The notes under the pieces: generated by a model
The model's database searches: none
The model's input: the letters and a program-made list of their open reading frames with translations, nothing else
What the model was told of the DNA's origin: nothing
DNA from: Haliotis cracherodii
Lineage: Eukaryota
Assembly: GCF_022045235.1 (NCBI RefSeq)
Contig: NW_027266297.1
Span: 14,632,001-14,696,000 of the forward strand
Direction of reading: 5' to 3'
Length of the DNA: 64,000 nucleotides
Part shown: one piece after another, positions 63,484-64,000 of the stretch
Layout: each line of letters opens with the position of its first letter
How positions within the stretch are numbered: the stretch's first letter is position 1
Program-made: the position numbers and the translations under genes

Positions 63484-63742
63484 CAAACAGGGTTATGGTA
63501 AGATAGACACAATTTTTTTTATGGATAACAACTTCTTTAATACTGTAAAAGGCGACGTTTCGGTATAGATCCTTATACCGTTGTCAAGCAATTACCGTTG
63601 TCAGTCTTGCTTGACAACGGTATAAGGATCTATACCGAAACGTCGCCTTTTACAGTATTAAAGAAGTTGTTATCCATAAAAAATTGTGTCTATCTTGTCA
63701 TCCGTCAACTTCTAAGTAATGCCTATCAAACAGGGTTATGGT
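63484..63742. mobile_element. Penelope-like pLTR fragment inserted as an inverted pair, carrying a hammerhead-like motif
   Basis: Arms 63500-63591 and 63607-63696; 16-bp direct repeat CAAACAGGGTTATGGT at 63484-63499 and 63727-63742; motif GC-TTGACAA-C-GGTATA(AGGATC)TATACC-GAAAC-GTC-GC. Confidence 0.65.
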
Positions 63743-64000
63743 GTTTTGTCCACGCTGACAAACCTAGAAATATAAGAGCGAATCCAGCATTCAAACTCAC
63801 GGTAATAGGATGCTGGCATGCCTATGTAAACTCGCGAAGGATTCTTGAGGGGATATGTTCTGATTTCACAGAAGGCTTGATCTGGTTCACACGTTGTATC
63901 AAATAGTATATTTAACTTTCTCATATGTTTTTTCTACACATTTACACTTTCCGCAAATGTTCTTTTTCTTAATCTTCTTCCTAAAACTTGTGTCTCAATT

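Overview
AT-rich, repeat-dense animal genomic DNA; the SINE and MITE repertoire suggests a mollusc, possibly abalone-like (inference). Most ORF-track entries are spurious because the real genes are spliced. Reading splice sites by hand gives five main elements. (1) The 3' four exons of an ICAP-1/ITGB1BP1 orthologue on + (2-3597). (2) A complete 12-exon, 421-aa CCM2/malcavernin gene on - (34266-10361), tail-to-tail with ITGB1BP1. Both are KRIT1-binding PTB proteins and they share three phase-0 intron positions. (3) A young, full-length but frameshifted DIRS1-type tyrosine-recombinase retrotransposon in CCM2 intron 2 (20192-26561). (4) A BTB-BACK-Kelch gene on - (40985-37479). (5) A four-copy tandem array (period about 5.24 kb, 45.3-63.2 kb) of an unrecognised 3-exon gene. 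It encodes a 115-123-aa protein with a Pro-rich variable exon, an acidic LIR-like motif (DDTDFVEV) and a C-terminal cationic amphipathic helix; the two middle copies are B/A chimeras of two older paralogs. Also present: a minisatellite made of an exon end plus splice donor, Penelope-type minimal hammerhead motifs, a ~250-bp palindrome at a LINE end, several SINE families and several MITEs.
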